This document shows positions 27,380-41,785 of a stretch of 64,000 bases of DNA, piece by piece (the first letter of the stretch is position 1; every line of letters starts with the position of its first letter). Source of the DNA: Eledone cirrhosa (taxonomy: Eukaryota); the NCBI GenBank assembly GCA_964016885.1, contig OZ024765.1, forward strand, positions 12,648,001 to 12,712,000. The letters run 5' to 3'. The position numbers and the translations under genes were made by a program. The notes under the pieces are model-generated. The model saw nothing but the letters and a program-made list of their open reading frames with translations, searched no databases and was not told where the DNA came from.

Positions 27380-29206
27380 TCCACCACCACTATCACCACC
27401 ACCAATACCCCTGTCACTAACACTACCACTACCAACACCACCATCACTACCACCACCAACACTACCACCACCACCACAACTGCCACCACCAATAACACCA
27501 ACACCACCAACACCACACCCACCACCATCACCACACCCACCACCACCAATACCCCTGTCACTAACACTACCACCACGAACACCACCAACAACACGACCAA
27601 TACCACCAACACTACCACCACCACCACAAATACCACCACCAATACCACCAACACCAACACTACCACTTCCACCAGCACTAGACTTACCACTAACACCACA
27701 CCCACCAACAATACCACACCCACCAACAGCAACTCCACCACCAACACCACTACTACCACCGACACCACACCCACCACTACCACCAATACCACCAACCACC
27801 AACTTCACCACCACCGCCACAACCCATTATTATCTCGACCACCACCCACACTAGTACCCTCGTATACCAGAGTTAGCACCAACAACAACAACAAGACCAC
27901 CACCACCACCACTACCACCATCACCACCACCACCAACACAACTACCACCACCACCACTACCACCACCACCACCACCAACAACACAACTACCACCACCACC
28001 ACCACTACCAACACCAACACCACCACCACCATCACCACCACCACCAACACAACTACCACCACCACCACTACCACCACCACCACCACCAACAACACAACTA
28101 CCACCACCACCACCACTACCAACACCAGCACCACCACCACCATCACCACCAACACAACTACCACCAACAACACAACTACCACCACCACCACCAACAACAA
28201 CACAACTACCACCACCACCACTACCAACACCAACACCACCACCACCATCACCACCACCACCACCACAACTACCACCACCACCACTACCACCACCACCACC
28301 ACCACCAACAACACAACTACCACCACCACCACTACCAACACCAACACCACCACCATCACCACCACCACCAATACAACTACCACCACCACCACTACCAACA
28401 CCAACACCACCACCACCACCAACAACACAACTACCACCACCACCACTACCAACACCACTACCACCACCACCACTACTACCACCACCACCAACAACACAAC
28501 TACCACCACCACCGCTACCAACACCAACACCACCACCACCACCACCACCATCACCACCACCACCAACACAACTACCACCACCACCACTACCACCACCACC
28601 ACCACCACCACCACCAACAACAACACTACCACCACCACCACCACCAACAACAACACAACTACCACCACCACCACCAACACCAACACCACCACCACCATCA
28701 CCACCACTACCACCACCACCACCAACAACACAACTGCCACCACCACCACTACCACCACCAACAACACAACTACCACCACCACCACTACCACCACCACCAC
28801 CACCACCACCACCAACAACAACACTACCACCACCACCAACACCAACACCACCACCACCATCACCACCACTACCACCACCACCACCAACAACACAACTACC
28901 ACCACCACCACTACCAACACCAACACTACCACCACCAACAACACAACTACCACCACCACCACTACCACCACCACCAACACCAACACCACCACCACCATCA
29001 CCACCACTACCACCACCACCACCAACAACACAACTACCACCACCACCACTACCAACACCAACACCACCACCACCACCAACACAACTACCACCACCACCAC
29101 CACCAACAACAACAAGAATCACACCACTACCACCACCACCACCACCACCACCACCACCACCACCACCACCACCACCACCACCACCAGCACCACCACTACC
29201 ACCACC

Positions 29207-29237
<31 letters not shown>

Positions 29238-29635
29238 CAACTACCACCACCACCACCACCACCACCACCAGCACCACCACTACCACCACCACCACCACCC
29301 CTACCACCACCACCACCACCACCACCAGCACCACCACTACCACCACCACCACCACAACTGCCGCCGCCGCTACTATCAACACCAACACCACCACCACCAC
29401 CAACACAACTACCACCACCACCACCACCAACAACAACAAGAATCACACCACCACCACCACCACCACCACCACCACCACCACCACCACCACCACCACCAGC
29501 ACCACCACTACCACCACCACCACCACCACCACCACCACCACCATCACCACCACCCCTACCACCACCACCACCACCACCACCAGCACCACCACTACCACCA
29601 CCACCACCACAACTGCCGCCGCCGCTACTATCAAC
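27380..29635. repeat. Degenerate (CCA/CAA/CTA)n low-complexity array
   Basis: Direct reading; generates poly-V/G/P/T ORFs. Confidence 0.95.
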
Positions 29636-29830
29636 CGAATTCTTCCTATTGTTATCATTAAGTGAATTTTTTCTTTCTCCCAGACATATGTCAGAGTAAG
29701 GGCTGGTTTACATTATGATAAATGGTCTTAGAGTGTATGTGTGTGTATATATATATATATATTATATATATATATACACACACACATTATATATATATAT
29801 ATATACATATATATATAATGTTTTTTTTTC

Positions 29831-29869
<39 letters not shown>

Positions 29870-29927
29870 AGAATATGTATATATGTACATGAATATGTAT
29901 ATATGTACATGAATATGTATATATGTA

Positions 29928-30005
<78 letters not shown>

Positions 30006-30088
30006 TGTGTGTATATATATGTATATATATATATATATGTATATATATATGTATATATATGTATATATATATTATATATAATGTTTTT

Positions 30089-30122
<34 letters not shown>

Positions 30123-30166
30123 CCAGAATATGTATATATATGTACATGAATATGTATATATGTGTA

Positions 30167-30223
<57 letters not shown>

Positions 30224-30232
30224 ATATATATG

Positions 30233-30306
<74 letters not shown>

Positions 30307-30307
30307 G

Positions 30308-30344
<37 letters not shown>

Positions 30345-30632
30345 AGCCTTTTCCTCTCTCCATGTCACTCATCGTTGCCTTAAGTCTAACTGACCCTCTT
30401 CCTCACATTAAACACTTAACTCTTTATATATATGTATTTGACTTCGCCATGTTATTTCACCTAACTTTTGTTTTGTTACCGTCTGGTAAAATATACCAGG
30501 AGCAGTGACTGATTACATTGGTAGACACTGTGACCCCGGATGCACCAGAAGTACCGTCTGTAGGGGTCGAAACTGCGTACGTCCATTCGACGGCTGATGA
30601 CTGCGTTTTGTTTTTTTGTAGCTGTTGTCAAT

Positions 30633-30695
<63 letters not shown>

Positions 30696-30699
<4 letters not shown>

Positions 30700-30881
30700 A
30701 ACCAGTAAGACCCCGACAGCTGAGCTCAAGTCGTTTCGACGGCTAATTCTGAATTAGCCGTCGAAACGACTTGAGCTCAGCTGTCGGGGTCTTACTGGTT
30801 CCTATTACCCACTCTACTACCCCAAGTATTGAGTACTTTGGTGCGTTATGGTCCACCTGGTTCCTTACCACATTTCCTTCG

Positions 30882-30884
<3 letters not shown>
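30696..30884. mobile_element. Family A fold-back copy (perfect hairpin)
   Basis: Arms 30696-30748/30750-30804 centred on aattc-t-gaatt. Confidence 0.85.
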
Positions 30885-30940
<56 letters not shown>

Positions 30941-31106
30941 TAGATAGATAAATATACACGGGTGTGTATGATTGTGTATAGAAGATTATATTAATAAGAG
31001 GAATTCCAACTTTGTCTGATTTACTCGTTTTATTTACAATCCTTTAAAATTTATAATGGTATTATAATGAAATAGTATGATAGAATATTAAATTCTAAGT
31101 GTTAAT

Positions 31107-31145
31107 TGAACAAGTACTTTCATGCTTTCGCAATCTTCAGGTTCA
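31107..31145 (-). ncRNA. Minimal hammerhead ribozyme
   Basis: tgaac CTGAAGA t tgc gaaa gca t GAAA gtac TT gttca; AGTACT palindrome. Confidence 0.85.
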
Positions 31146-31238
31146 TAATATGTGGTGACAGTCAAGTTTGCAATTTTCAATTGTTGAAAATTGTTGAAAA
31201 TTGTTGAAAATTGCAAACTTGACTGTCACCACATATTA

Positions 31239-31277
31239 TGAATCTGAAGATTGCGAAAGCATGAAAGTACTTGTTCA
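31239..31277 (+). ncRNA. Minimal hammerhead ribozyme (second arm)
   Basis: tgaat CTGAAGA ttgcgaaagcat GAAA gtac TT gttca. Confidence 0.8.
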
Positions 31278-31390
31278 ATTAACACTTAGAATTTAATATT
31301 CTATCATACTATTTCATTATAATACCATTATAAATTTTAAAGGATTGTTAATAAAACGAGTAAATCAGACAAAGTTGGAATTCCTCTTAT

Positions 31391-31429
<39 letters not shown>

Positions 31430-31877
31430 ATGTGTGTGTGTGTGTGTGTGTGTGTATTTGGGGAGGGTCATTTGTTTCAACACATGATTTCATATCAAAA
31501 ACCTTGCAAAACAAATTCCTATATATATATATATATCTCCTTAATGTTGAGAAAAAAATGTATCATTCTACTATTTCTAGTAACATGAGATATCAACTAG
31601 TCTATTTTTCCCGCTCTTTCTAACGGCCCATTTGGGTGGTGGTCATTTTAACGGGTTGATTCATTCACCGGGCAGAAAGCGACACATGCACATCTACGTG
31701 GATTTATATCTAGTAGGTTTGGAAAAGCTATCTGAAGAGCTATATCTTTCCATTGGAAATTCTCTGAATTTCCAATCTTTTGATTAGCGAAACCGTCGGT
31801 CATGTCACTAGAAGAGGTTAATGTTTAAATCGTATTTTAATTTATTTAAAAAGATTGTTTAATCTTTACTTGTTCCG

Positions 31878-31958
<81 letters not shown>

Positions 31959-32003
31959 ATTTATATATATATTTATATATTTATATATATTTATATATAT
32001 ATT

Positions 32004-32036
<33 letters not shown>

Positions 32037-32081
32037 TTATATATATATTTATATATATATTTATATATATATTTATATATA

Positions 32082-32172
<91 letters not shown>

Positions 32173-32175
32173 ATT

Positions 32176-32210
<35 letters not shown>

Positions 32211-32364
32211 ATATTTATATATATAATATATATATATATTTTATATATATATATATTTTTTTTTATATATATAATATATATATATATATATAATATATAT
32301 ATATATCTATATTATATATATAAATATATATATATCTATATTATATATATAAATATATATATAA

Positions 32365-32471
<107 letters not shown>

Positions 32472-32630
32472 AGACAGCTAGATCCCAACTTAGTTCAGAT
32501 CTAACTGTCGAAACGGCCGCAGCTCAGCCGTCGGGGTCCTGACTGTTTTCCTATAACCCACTCTACTACCCTAAGTATTGAGTACTCTGGTGCGATATGC
32601 TCCACCTGGTATCTTACCACACCTTCTTTG

Positions 32631-32679
<49 letters not shown>

Positions 32680-32704
<25 letters not shown>

Positions 32705-32797
32705 GAGGGGGGACATTTTATATATATATATGTATATATACAGAGAGAGAGAGAGAGAGAGAGGGGGGACGGACATTTTATATATATATATCTATAT

Positions 32798-32836
<39 letters not shown>

Positions 32837-33498
32837 ACGGACATTTTATATATATATATGTATATATACAGAGAGAGAGAGAGAGAGAGAGGGGGGGGCG
32901 GACATTTTATATATATATATGTATATATACAGAGAGAGAGAGAGAGAGAGAGGGGGGGTGGCATTTTATATATATATATGTATATATACAGAGAGAGAGA
33001 GAGAGAGAGAGGGGGGACGGACATTTTATATATATATATGTATATATACAGAGAGAGAGAGAGAGAGAGGGGGGGTGGCATTTTATATATATATATGTAT
33101 ATATACAGAGAGATAGAGAGAGAGAGAGGGGGACGGACATTTTATATATATATATGTATATATACAGAGAGAGAGAGAGAGGGGGGGGGGCATTTTATAT
33201 ATATATATGTATATATACAGAGAGAGAGAGAGAGAGAGAGGAGGGGGACATTTTATATATATATATCTATATATACAGAGAGAGAGAGAGAGAGAGAGGG
33301 GGGACGGACATTTTATATATATATATGTATATATACAGAGAGAGAGAGGGGGGAGAGAGGAGGGGGGACATTTTATATATATATATCTATATATACAGAG
33401 AGAGAGAGAGAGAGGGGGGGGGCGGACATTTTATATATATATATGTATATATACAGAGAGAGAGAGAGGGGGGGGGGGAGAGAGAGGGGGGGAGAGAG
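32680..33498. repeat. Composite minisatellite ~60-bp unit: (GA)n-G run-gacggacatttt-(AT)n
   Basis: About 13 units read directly. Confidence 0.9.
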
Positions 33499-34180
33499 GT
33501 GTTTCAAAATATAAAGATATAACAAAGAGTTTAAAACTTGTTTTGCCATTGTTGTGGAAGCGAATGAAGACGGGGGTAAAAACTATTAAAGTTTCACATG
33601 GGGAATAGGAGGAGGAAGGAGAGGTAAAAGACGAGGATGGAGTGAAGTCAAAGACACTGTAAGATGGTGGTGGTGGGAGGGTTGTGTGATAAATAATGTT
33701 ACGGGGGTGGAGGAAGGGGTTGAGAGGAGATTTAAAAAAAAATGAAGTAAACCAGATATTGTCATACATCTCTTTTGTGTACAAATTAAAATACCTTTCG
33801 ATGTAAACACACACGTATGTGTGTGTATATATATATGTATATATATATGTATGTATGTAGTATATATATGTTTGTCTATATATATATATATATATATGTT
33901 TGTCTATATATATATATATATATATGTTTGTATATATATATATATATATATGTTTGTATATATATATATATATATATGTTTGTATATATATATATGTTTG
34001 TATATATATATGTTTGTATATATATATATATATATATATATATGTTTGAATATATATATATATGTTTTTATATATATATATATATATGTATGTTTGTATA
34101 TATATATATATATACACACACATATGTATATATATGTATATACATATATATATATATGTATATATATATATATGTGTATG

Positions 34181-34219
<39 letters not shown>

Positions 34220-34402
34220 ATGCATATATATATATATGTGTGTGTGTGTGTATGCATATATGTATATACATATACATATATATAGATATATATAGATATA
34301 TAAATGTATGCATATATATATATATATATGTGTGTATGAATATATGTATATATATATACATATATACACACATATATATACACATATATAGATAGATAGA
34401 TA

Positions 34403-34446
<44 letters not shown>

Positions 34447-35231
34447 CCTCTTCCCTTCAGTCATTACTTTGCTCAAACATCTGACATCATCCATCTCATA
34501 TATCTTCCCATGATTCAGCTGACAGAATACACTTCCGGTTCTTAATCTGCGTGACTATGTGTGCGCATGAGTCAATATATATGTATGCGTGTGTGTATTC
34601 GTGCAAGTAAATATGGATATGTGTGTTTCTCTGCATATGAGGATATATGTAAACATTCCCGCTCATTTCTCTCTTCACCCTCTCTCTGTCTCTCCTCTTC
34701 TCGCTCGTTCCTCCTCTTTGCCTCTCTTTACCAATCCCCCTTTCTCTCCCTCTTCTCTACTCTCCCATCCATTCCTTCTCCTGCACTTCCCGCTCTTCCC
34801 CCTCTTTGCCTCTCTCTCTATCTCCCACTTTCTCACCCCCCCCCCCCTCACGACTACACCCTTTATATATAACACCCATTAAAATATATCATAAAACGAT
34901 GACAGAATATATGTGACAAGGCTGAACCTTTGAAATACGTGTACAGTGCAGCTTTCGGGCTTCCACACAGTTTCCATCTACCAAATTTCATTTACAAGAT
35001 TTGATTCGACTGGAAGCTCTAGTAACAATGTATTGGTATTGACAGACCTGCGAACCTCTAAAAAGCCAAAAGGGGAATACCAATACTGTGAAAAAAGGTG
35101 CCCCAAAACGGGGAGAAATGAGTCAAAATAAGGAAATTTTACATGTATGTATGTGTGTGTATATACATAAAGATAAATATATAGATAGATAGAAATTTCG
35201 TACATAAATTATGTAATATTCATTCATTATT

Positions 35232-35420
35232 TGGTGGATTGGCAGTATCGGTAGAGAGTCGGACACCATGCTTTGAAGCATAGAGTTACGTCCCTTTATG
35301 ATCTGAGTTCAAATCCCGCCGAGGTTAACTTTGCCTTTCATCCTTACGGGGTCGATAAAATAAAGTACCAGTAATGTACTGAGTAATTGCTGGCCTTGTG
35401 CCTAAAATAGAAACAATTAT
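35232..35420 (+). mobile_element. tRNA-derived SINE family B
   Basis: A/B boxes and shared body. Confidence 0.85.
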
Positions 35421-35814
35421 TTATTCAAAGTAATCCAACTTATTCAAAGTAATCCAACGGGATAAAAAAAAATATTTTCTGGACGCAGTCCCACGCTCCT
35501 CCGTATATTATAGTTAAGATTGAAACCAAAGGGTTAATAATTTATTAAACCACTCCGACTTCTAACGTCAATTTTTTAAGACCTCCCCCTTCCTTGTAGT
35601 ATATATTATTTCCCTCCCCCCACTTCTAGTGTTACGTTAACAACCTTCTTACAAGTGATCTGTTTATAGTACGACAGATGAAAGCGAAGTTAGACGCCAT
35701 AAACCTGAGCCAAGCTTTGGTGTTTCGAGGAAGAAGGTAAAGTTTTTTAAACGACTTAGAAAAAGAAATCGGGTGTGGAGCAAGTAGTAAATGATTCGTT
35801 GTAGGTATGGTAGA

Positions 35815-36800
35815 GGAGGCATGTGGCCTAGTGGTAAGGGTGTTGGACTTACGATCATAATGCCGTGGGTTCGATTCCTGTTCTTGAGCAAAACACTTCA
35901 TTTCACGTTGCTCCAGTATACTCAGCTGAAAATGAGTACCAGCAATATCTGGGGGTTGAAACAACCCTGCGATGTACAGGGTGGTCCGAAAGTCTTGTCA
36001 CCCCTTGTCACATATTGTTTTAACTTTCATTATTTTTTGTTTTAATAATATAATATATAATTGTTTCTACTTTTTGGCACAAGGCCAGCAATTATCCCAG
36101 TGTATTACTGGTACTTTATTTTATCGACCCCGTAAGGATGAAAGGCAAAGTTAACCTCGGCGGGATTTGAACTCAGTCCGTAAAGGGACGTAACTGTGCT
36201 GCAAAGCATGGCGTCCGACCTTCCACCGATACTGCCAATCCAAATATCATTAATTATAATATATAATGGGCGGTGAATTGGCAGTATCGGTAGAGGCTCG
36301 GACGCCATGCTTTGACACATAGAGTTACGGCCCTTGCCATTCTGAGTTCAAATCCCGCCGAGGTTAACTTTGCCTTTCATCCTTACGGGGTCGATAAAAT
36401 AAAGTACCAGTAATGTACTGGGTAATTGCTGGCCTTGTGCCAATAGTCGAAACAATTAATTATAATATATAATAATAATAATATAATTTTCTATTTCAGA
36501 GCTCCTACAGTTTGGAAGAGAGGCTGCTTACAAGTGTATGGACACATGATCGTGTGTATTCTGGTAAGAGCATGGAGGATGTGCGACATGACCTCACTGC
36601 AAGATTCGGCAAACCAGCCCCTCCGAAGAGGACGATACTGCGATGGGAACATAAACTTGTTCTCATTACTTTTTGGTAGGGGGTGACAAGATTTTCGGAC
36701 CACCCTGTACTGGCGTCCTGTCCAATGTGAGAGCGTCTTCTACTCTCAGTCGTTTTACGCAATGAAACCGGGACAAGCACTGACATAACCAACCTTCTCA
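35815..36800 (+). mobile_element. tRNA-derived SINE family C interrupted by a MITE
   Basis: Head tggcctagtggtaagg..gggttcgattcc; body resumes ctggcgtcctgtcc after 36709. Confidence 0.75.
35977..36707. mobile_element. Tc1/mariner-type MITE carrying two SINE-B copies
   Basis: TIRs cagggtggtccgaaagtcttgtcacccc / ggggtgacaagattttcggaccaccctg, TA TSD; SINEs at 36058-36241 (-) and 36267-36458 (+). Confidence 0.85.
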
Positions 36801-37912
36801 CTTAAGACAGACTTTAGATATGGTAGAAGTTGAAAGAAAGCCTACTGCTGAGAAAAGAGAAGAAATTATTCGCGAATAGTAAACAATTGTTCCTAAAAAG
36901 GCGGCGAAATGACAGAGTCGTTAGAACGTCGGATAGAATGCTTTGTAGCATTCTTTCCAGCTCTCTGCTCTCTGCGTTCAAATCCCGTCGAGGCCAGCTT
37001 TGCATTTGATCTATTCGAGATTAATAAAAAAATATATATACCTGTCTAACTAGGCTCGGTTGTTCTTCTATATCTCTTTCTCACTTTCTATCGTTCTCTG
37101 GAAGAAGTCTGCTGTACTCAGGCTTGGAAGGAGATGGGCTCCGCCAGGTTTAAAATGCCCAAGAAACGCCGTGCGTCAATACGACGCCTCTACAATTCTG
37201 TCAAAAGTTACGGGTCCATACTATACCATTCCATAAAAGCGGTGGTTTAAAAATGCTCCCGATTATAATTTGAACACATAAGTCAATTTTCTAAATATTT
37301 AACATTCGATCTTCAAATCCGAAATTCATTGCTTACTAATTACAATATTTCAAAGCTCTCTAATGTCAGGAGTTACGTTTAACGACTTTGAAAACGTTTG
37401 GCTGTTTATGTTTACCCAAACATTTTATGAACTAACAACAACTAAGTCATGTACCTTCACATAATCCTGTAACTTCCGAGGAAGGCTTAGGGGCACCATA
37501 TCGACATACGGCGTTTTTTAGGGCATTCTTTTTAACCTGGTAGAACACATCTTCTCTCCAAGTCTGAATACAACAAATTTCTTCCAGAGAAGACAGAGAA
37601 AGTGAGAGAAGTTATAGAGGAAGAATCGACTCCAATACTAGACAGGTACATTTTTTATCGACAACAGAAAACCCCAGTTGATGGATGCGAAATCCGAAAT
37701 ATAGGGACTATTAAGTCACTTCCAAGGTAACTCTATCTCGTGTTATTATTTTTTTACACTTTTCCTACGTTCCTTTACGCTCTCTACGTCGCTTTCTACG
37801 CTTCTTCTTACATCTCTCTCTCATTACCACATGATTCTGTTACCCAGAGATTTATCTATCTGCATTGTTGAGGCTTCCAAAACGACATTTTTATATCTAT
37901 CTATCTATCTAT

Positions 37913-38088
37913 CGGGGGTATGTGTTACCCATATGAACTGTCTCCCCCTATTGGGGAAAATCGACTAACTTTTTAAATTGCATTTGTGATAACATTTTAC
38001 ACGTTTTTATTGTATGTAAACTTCCCCCTTTGTATTTGTCCCCTTCTTTTGTGCCCCTGTGGCTAATAAAGAAACATATCTATCTATC
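37913..38088 (+). mobile_element. Isolated 3' UTR of Tx1/L1-like LINE in (TATC)n
   Basis: Near-identical to 39115-39285. Confidence 0.85.
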
Positions 38089-39285
38089 TATATCTTTGGA
38101 AGAGGCGGGCTCCTTTGGTGAGAAGATCCATCTGCTGCCAACACCCTTCTAACGGAGGACTGACGATGCCGTGGCTGACGATGCGCAAACACGCGCTTAG
38201 GCTGCGGCATCTCTATGTATTCCTCACCGGACAACCGGTGTGGGCCCCGTTCGTGAGGCGAGCCTTCCCACGACTCATCTCGCTGACCGAGCTGCAGTCC
38301 TTGGTCAAGCAAAGACCGAGGAAAATGGGCGACTGGCACATCGAATGTGCTCAGGCGCTCACAGCCCTCTGGCAAGCGGACCCGGCGATCAGTGGAGACT
38401 CCACTTCGTCATTCTATAGAGGGTTGATCCGCAGCAAGTGCGACGACGCGCTCGGTGAAACTCTAGGCGTAGAGGAAGATGAACTGGCCAGTCTGTTCGG
38501 TACCTTCCGCCCGGGTCCGATGGACAACTTCCAAAAGTCCCTGGCCTGGCAGTGCTACCGAGGAGCTCTACCAGTTCGAGACAAGCTCTACAGACATGGG
38601 CGCCCGGGCAGGGACCCTTCAAAAAAGATCTGTCCGAGGTGCGTGCGAGACGAAGAAACCGTCGCGCACGCATTCATACACTGCTCGGGCGTCACTGACC
38701 TGTGGGGCTATGTAGAACGACTATTGTCGCGGGTGGGACCAATGCGGTTGACCACCGAGTCCATTGTCATGATCAAACCGCCACCCTCCTTCAAAAACGA
38801 AGGAGAGGCGGTTTTCCTTTGTGTGATAGCTATGGCGAAAGAGGTGGACAAGGTTGAAAGGGCTGAGGTCTGACACCTTTCTCTCCGGCCAACAACTGAT
38901 TCTTTTTTTCAAATACCACTTTGGAAGAAGAATCAGGATGGAGAGAGAGGTGCTGTACCCCAGCAAGTTTTATGAAAGGTGGGTGAAAGTGGCAAGAATG
39001 GCCCGAGTGAATGGGCCTTCTCTCTATATCAGCCTGTAGGTTGAGGAAAAAGAGGAGGAGAGGAAAGGGGTACAAACTCTTCGTACTCCTGGAGATGAGG
39101 GTTGCACATTTTTTCGGGGGTATGTGTTACCCATATGAACTGTCTCCCCCTATTGGGGAAAATCGGCTAATTTTTTAAATTGCATTTGTGATAATATTTT
39201 ACACGTTTTTATTGTATGTAAACTTCCCCCTTTGTATTTGTCCCCTTCTTTTGTGCCCCTGTGGCTAATAAAGAAACATATCTAT
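38089..39285 (+). mobile_element. Tx1/L1-clade LINE ORF2 C-terminus (CCHC zinc finger) and 3' UTR, 5'-truncated, frameshifted
   Basis: GGLTMPWL..; LPVRDKL..CPRCVRDEETVAHAFIHC..LW; aataaa then tatc tail. Confidence 0.9.
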
Positions 39286-39860
39286 ATATATATACAGGGA
39301 CTGTGGAACTGGGGAGGGTCATGGTGCCATTATCAACCCCCCCCCCCCCATAATTATATTTTTCTCCCCAAACTAGGGCTGTGAAATCTTGCATGCATTA
39401 ATTTCAACTCTTCTTATTAATAACTGCATTGTTTCTTTCCAGGGACTATGTTGAAAAGTAAACTTCATTTGGTCTTTTATTTAAATGTGTCTTATTTTAT
39501 CGGCGATGTTTTAGAACAACATGACCCCCCCCCCCCCCCTCACCTCCCTAAATATAACAATATTTTATTTCATCGTCATTTCATTCAAATTTTTATCAAT
39601 TCTGAGCTGTCTCTAACCATTTTGCAGACCTGTCAACTCTCTCCGTCCGACGGGGAGATCTCTCACCCACTTTGGGGTGGGTGAGAGATGTCTTCTCTTG
39701 TGAAAACCTTTCACTATGTAAAATCTCCTCATTTTGCCTCATTTCTTCCGGTTTTTTCGGCACCTTTTTTTCATGGTACTCCCCGTTTGGGTTTTTAGAG
39801 GTTGGCATGTCTGTTTTTTTTTTATTATTATCAAACTGCCTAAAACCACCCTTGGTTCTC

Positions 39861-39893
<33 letters not shown>

Positions 39894-40217
39894 GGAAGAT
39901 CTCTCTCTCTCTCTCTCTCTGGAAGAACACGACTGCGTTCCAACTGGAAGAGGAACGGGCTCCACCTAAATGCCCCAAGCAGGCTTTTGTATGCTAGGAA
40001 GGCGTCCCTACGTCTCAACCAGTAGTTAATGGCATCTTCCCGCTTCTATTTACGTAATAAATACGCTTAAATTAAACAGAAAGACACATTTCCTACACAA
40101 TGGAAAATTCTCGTTAACAGCATTTTGAAAATTGACCTTAACATTATTTAGGAGATTTACAGTATTCATGAGAGAGAGAGAGTGGTAGTGTGTATGTGTC
40201 AGAGAGAGGGGGGTGAT

Positions 40218-40255
<38 letters not shown>

Positions 40256-40423
40256 AGATTGATAGTGTGTGTGTGTGTGTGTGAGAGAGAGAGGGGGAGT
40301 GATAATGTGTGTGGGTGTGTGTGTGTAAGAGAGAGAGAGAGTGGTAGTGCGTGTGTGTGTCAGAGAGAGAGGGGGAGGGATGATAGTGTGTGTGTGAGAG
40401 AAAGAGAGTGGGGGGAGTGATAA

Positions 40424-40455
<32 letters not shown>

Positions 40456-40904
40456 ATTGTAAGGGAGGGAGAGAGTGTGAGATTGAGAGAGAGTGGAAGT
40501 GTTATAGAGGGTATGAGAGAGAAAGTGAGAGAGAGGAAGTTTGTGAAGGAGAGGGACAGTGTGGGAGAGGGTGGCTGGAAGAGGGTGATGGAGAGAGAGA
40601 GAGAGAGAGAGTGCGTGCGTGTGTGTCTGAAGAATGAAAGAGTGTGATAGATAGATAGATAGATAGAGAGAGAGTTAAGAAGAATGAGTAATGGGGGGGG
40701 GGTAAACAGATTGTCCATTAGTTATGGTAGAATTATCAACACTTGATAAATATTTTCGTTTATACTGAGTCATAAAACTGAGGATAAGCAAGATTTTTTT
40801 TAGAATATACTTGGCCATTTATTTATGATTGTATACAAACACGCCGCCCCCATATAATATATATAGCAATAATAGTTATGTAATAAACAACATAAGATAA
40901 TTAA

Positions 40905-40966
40905 TTCATTTACCAGTGGTTTCTTGAAGACAGATATTTATGTCTGTCTTCAGTCGTCAGAATGAA
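40905..40966 (-). ncRNA. Minimal hammerhead ribozyme
   Basis: ttcatt CTGACGA c tgaagacaga cataaata tctgtcttca a GAAA ccactgg TA aatgaa. Confidence 0.85.
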
Positions 40967-40987
40967 TAACATGGAATAATAGATAGA

Positions 40988-41494
40988 TTTCTTTATTAGC
41001 CACAAGGGCGCAACAAGAAAAGGGGACAATACAAAGACATGCTGGGGATTTTACATACAGTCGTGTAAAAAATATAAAAACAAACAATTTCAACAATCGA
41101 AATCCCCAATAGGGGGGAGGCGCCACAAATGGGTTGTTTAATACCCCGTCGATAGAACAACCCTCAACTCCAGGAGCGTGTTGTGCAAGTGCTCCTTTCT
41201 TCCTTTGCTCTCTTCCTCAACCTACAGGCTTATAAACAGAGAAGGCCCAATCACTCGGGCCATTTTCGCTTCATTCACCCACCTTTCAGTAAATTTACTG
41301 GGGTGCACTGCCTCTCTCTCATCCCTGATTCTCCTTCTAAAGTGATACTTAAAGAAGGGAATCAATTGTTGTCCGGAGAGAAAGGCATCTGTCCTCATTC
41401 CTCTCAACCTCGTCCACCATATAACTTCTTTCACCATAGCCACCGTACAGAGGAAAACCGCCTCTCTTTCGTTTTTGAAAGAGGCTGGCGGTTT
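40988..41494 (-). mobile_element. Tx1/L1-clade LINE 3' fragment with 25-bp TSD
   Basis: Homologous to 38775-39280; tgaataacatggaataatagataga at 40963-40987 and 41495-41519. Confidence 0.85.
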
Positions 41495-41550
41495 TGAATA
41501 ACATGGAATAATAGATAGAAAGACCAAAATCGAGAGAGCACTCGATCAAC

Positions 41551-41589
<39 letters not shown>

Positions 41590-41590
<1 letters not shown>

Positions 41591-41785
41591 GAGGAACCAG
41601 TAAGACCCCGACAGCTGAGCTCAAGCCGTTTCGACGGCTAATTCTGGACTCAGAATTAGCCGTCGAAACGGCTTGAGCTCAGCTGTCGGGGTCTTACTGG
41701 TTCCTATTACCCACTCTACTACCTCAAGTATTGAGTACTTTGGTGCGTTATGGTCCACCTGGTTCCTTACCACATTTCCTTCGTT
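41590..41785. mobile_element. Family A fold-back copy
   Basis: Hairpin ~41591-41705 plus shared 3' tail. Confidence 0.85.

Larger units (their letters stand above)
30987..31397. mobile_element. Fold-back element (~195-bp arms) with a hammerhead in each arm
   Basis: Near-perfect arms around (aattgttgaa)n spacer. Confidence 0.85.

Noticed and set aside
27172-29658. Long ORFs (436 and 531 aa; poly-V/G/P/T)
   Set aside because: Translation of a (CCA)n array that lacks stops in most frames; no start/splice context or domain
30515-30605. gacccc..ggggtc GAAA ctgcgtacg TC hammerhead-like half
   Set aside because: Core reads ctgtga and stem I is absent; too degenerate
35815-35885. tRNA gene
   Set aside because: A/B-box head continues into a SINE body; no full cloverleaf; same for other SINE heads
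38115-38873. 252-aa ORF as a cellular zinc-finger gene
   Set aside because: It is the C-terminus of a truncated Tx1/L1 ORF2
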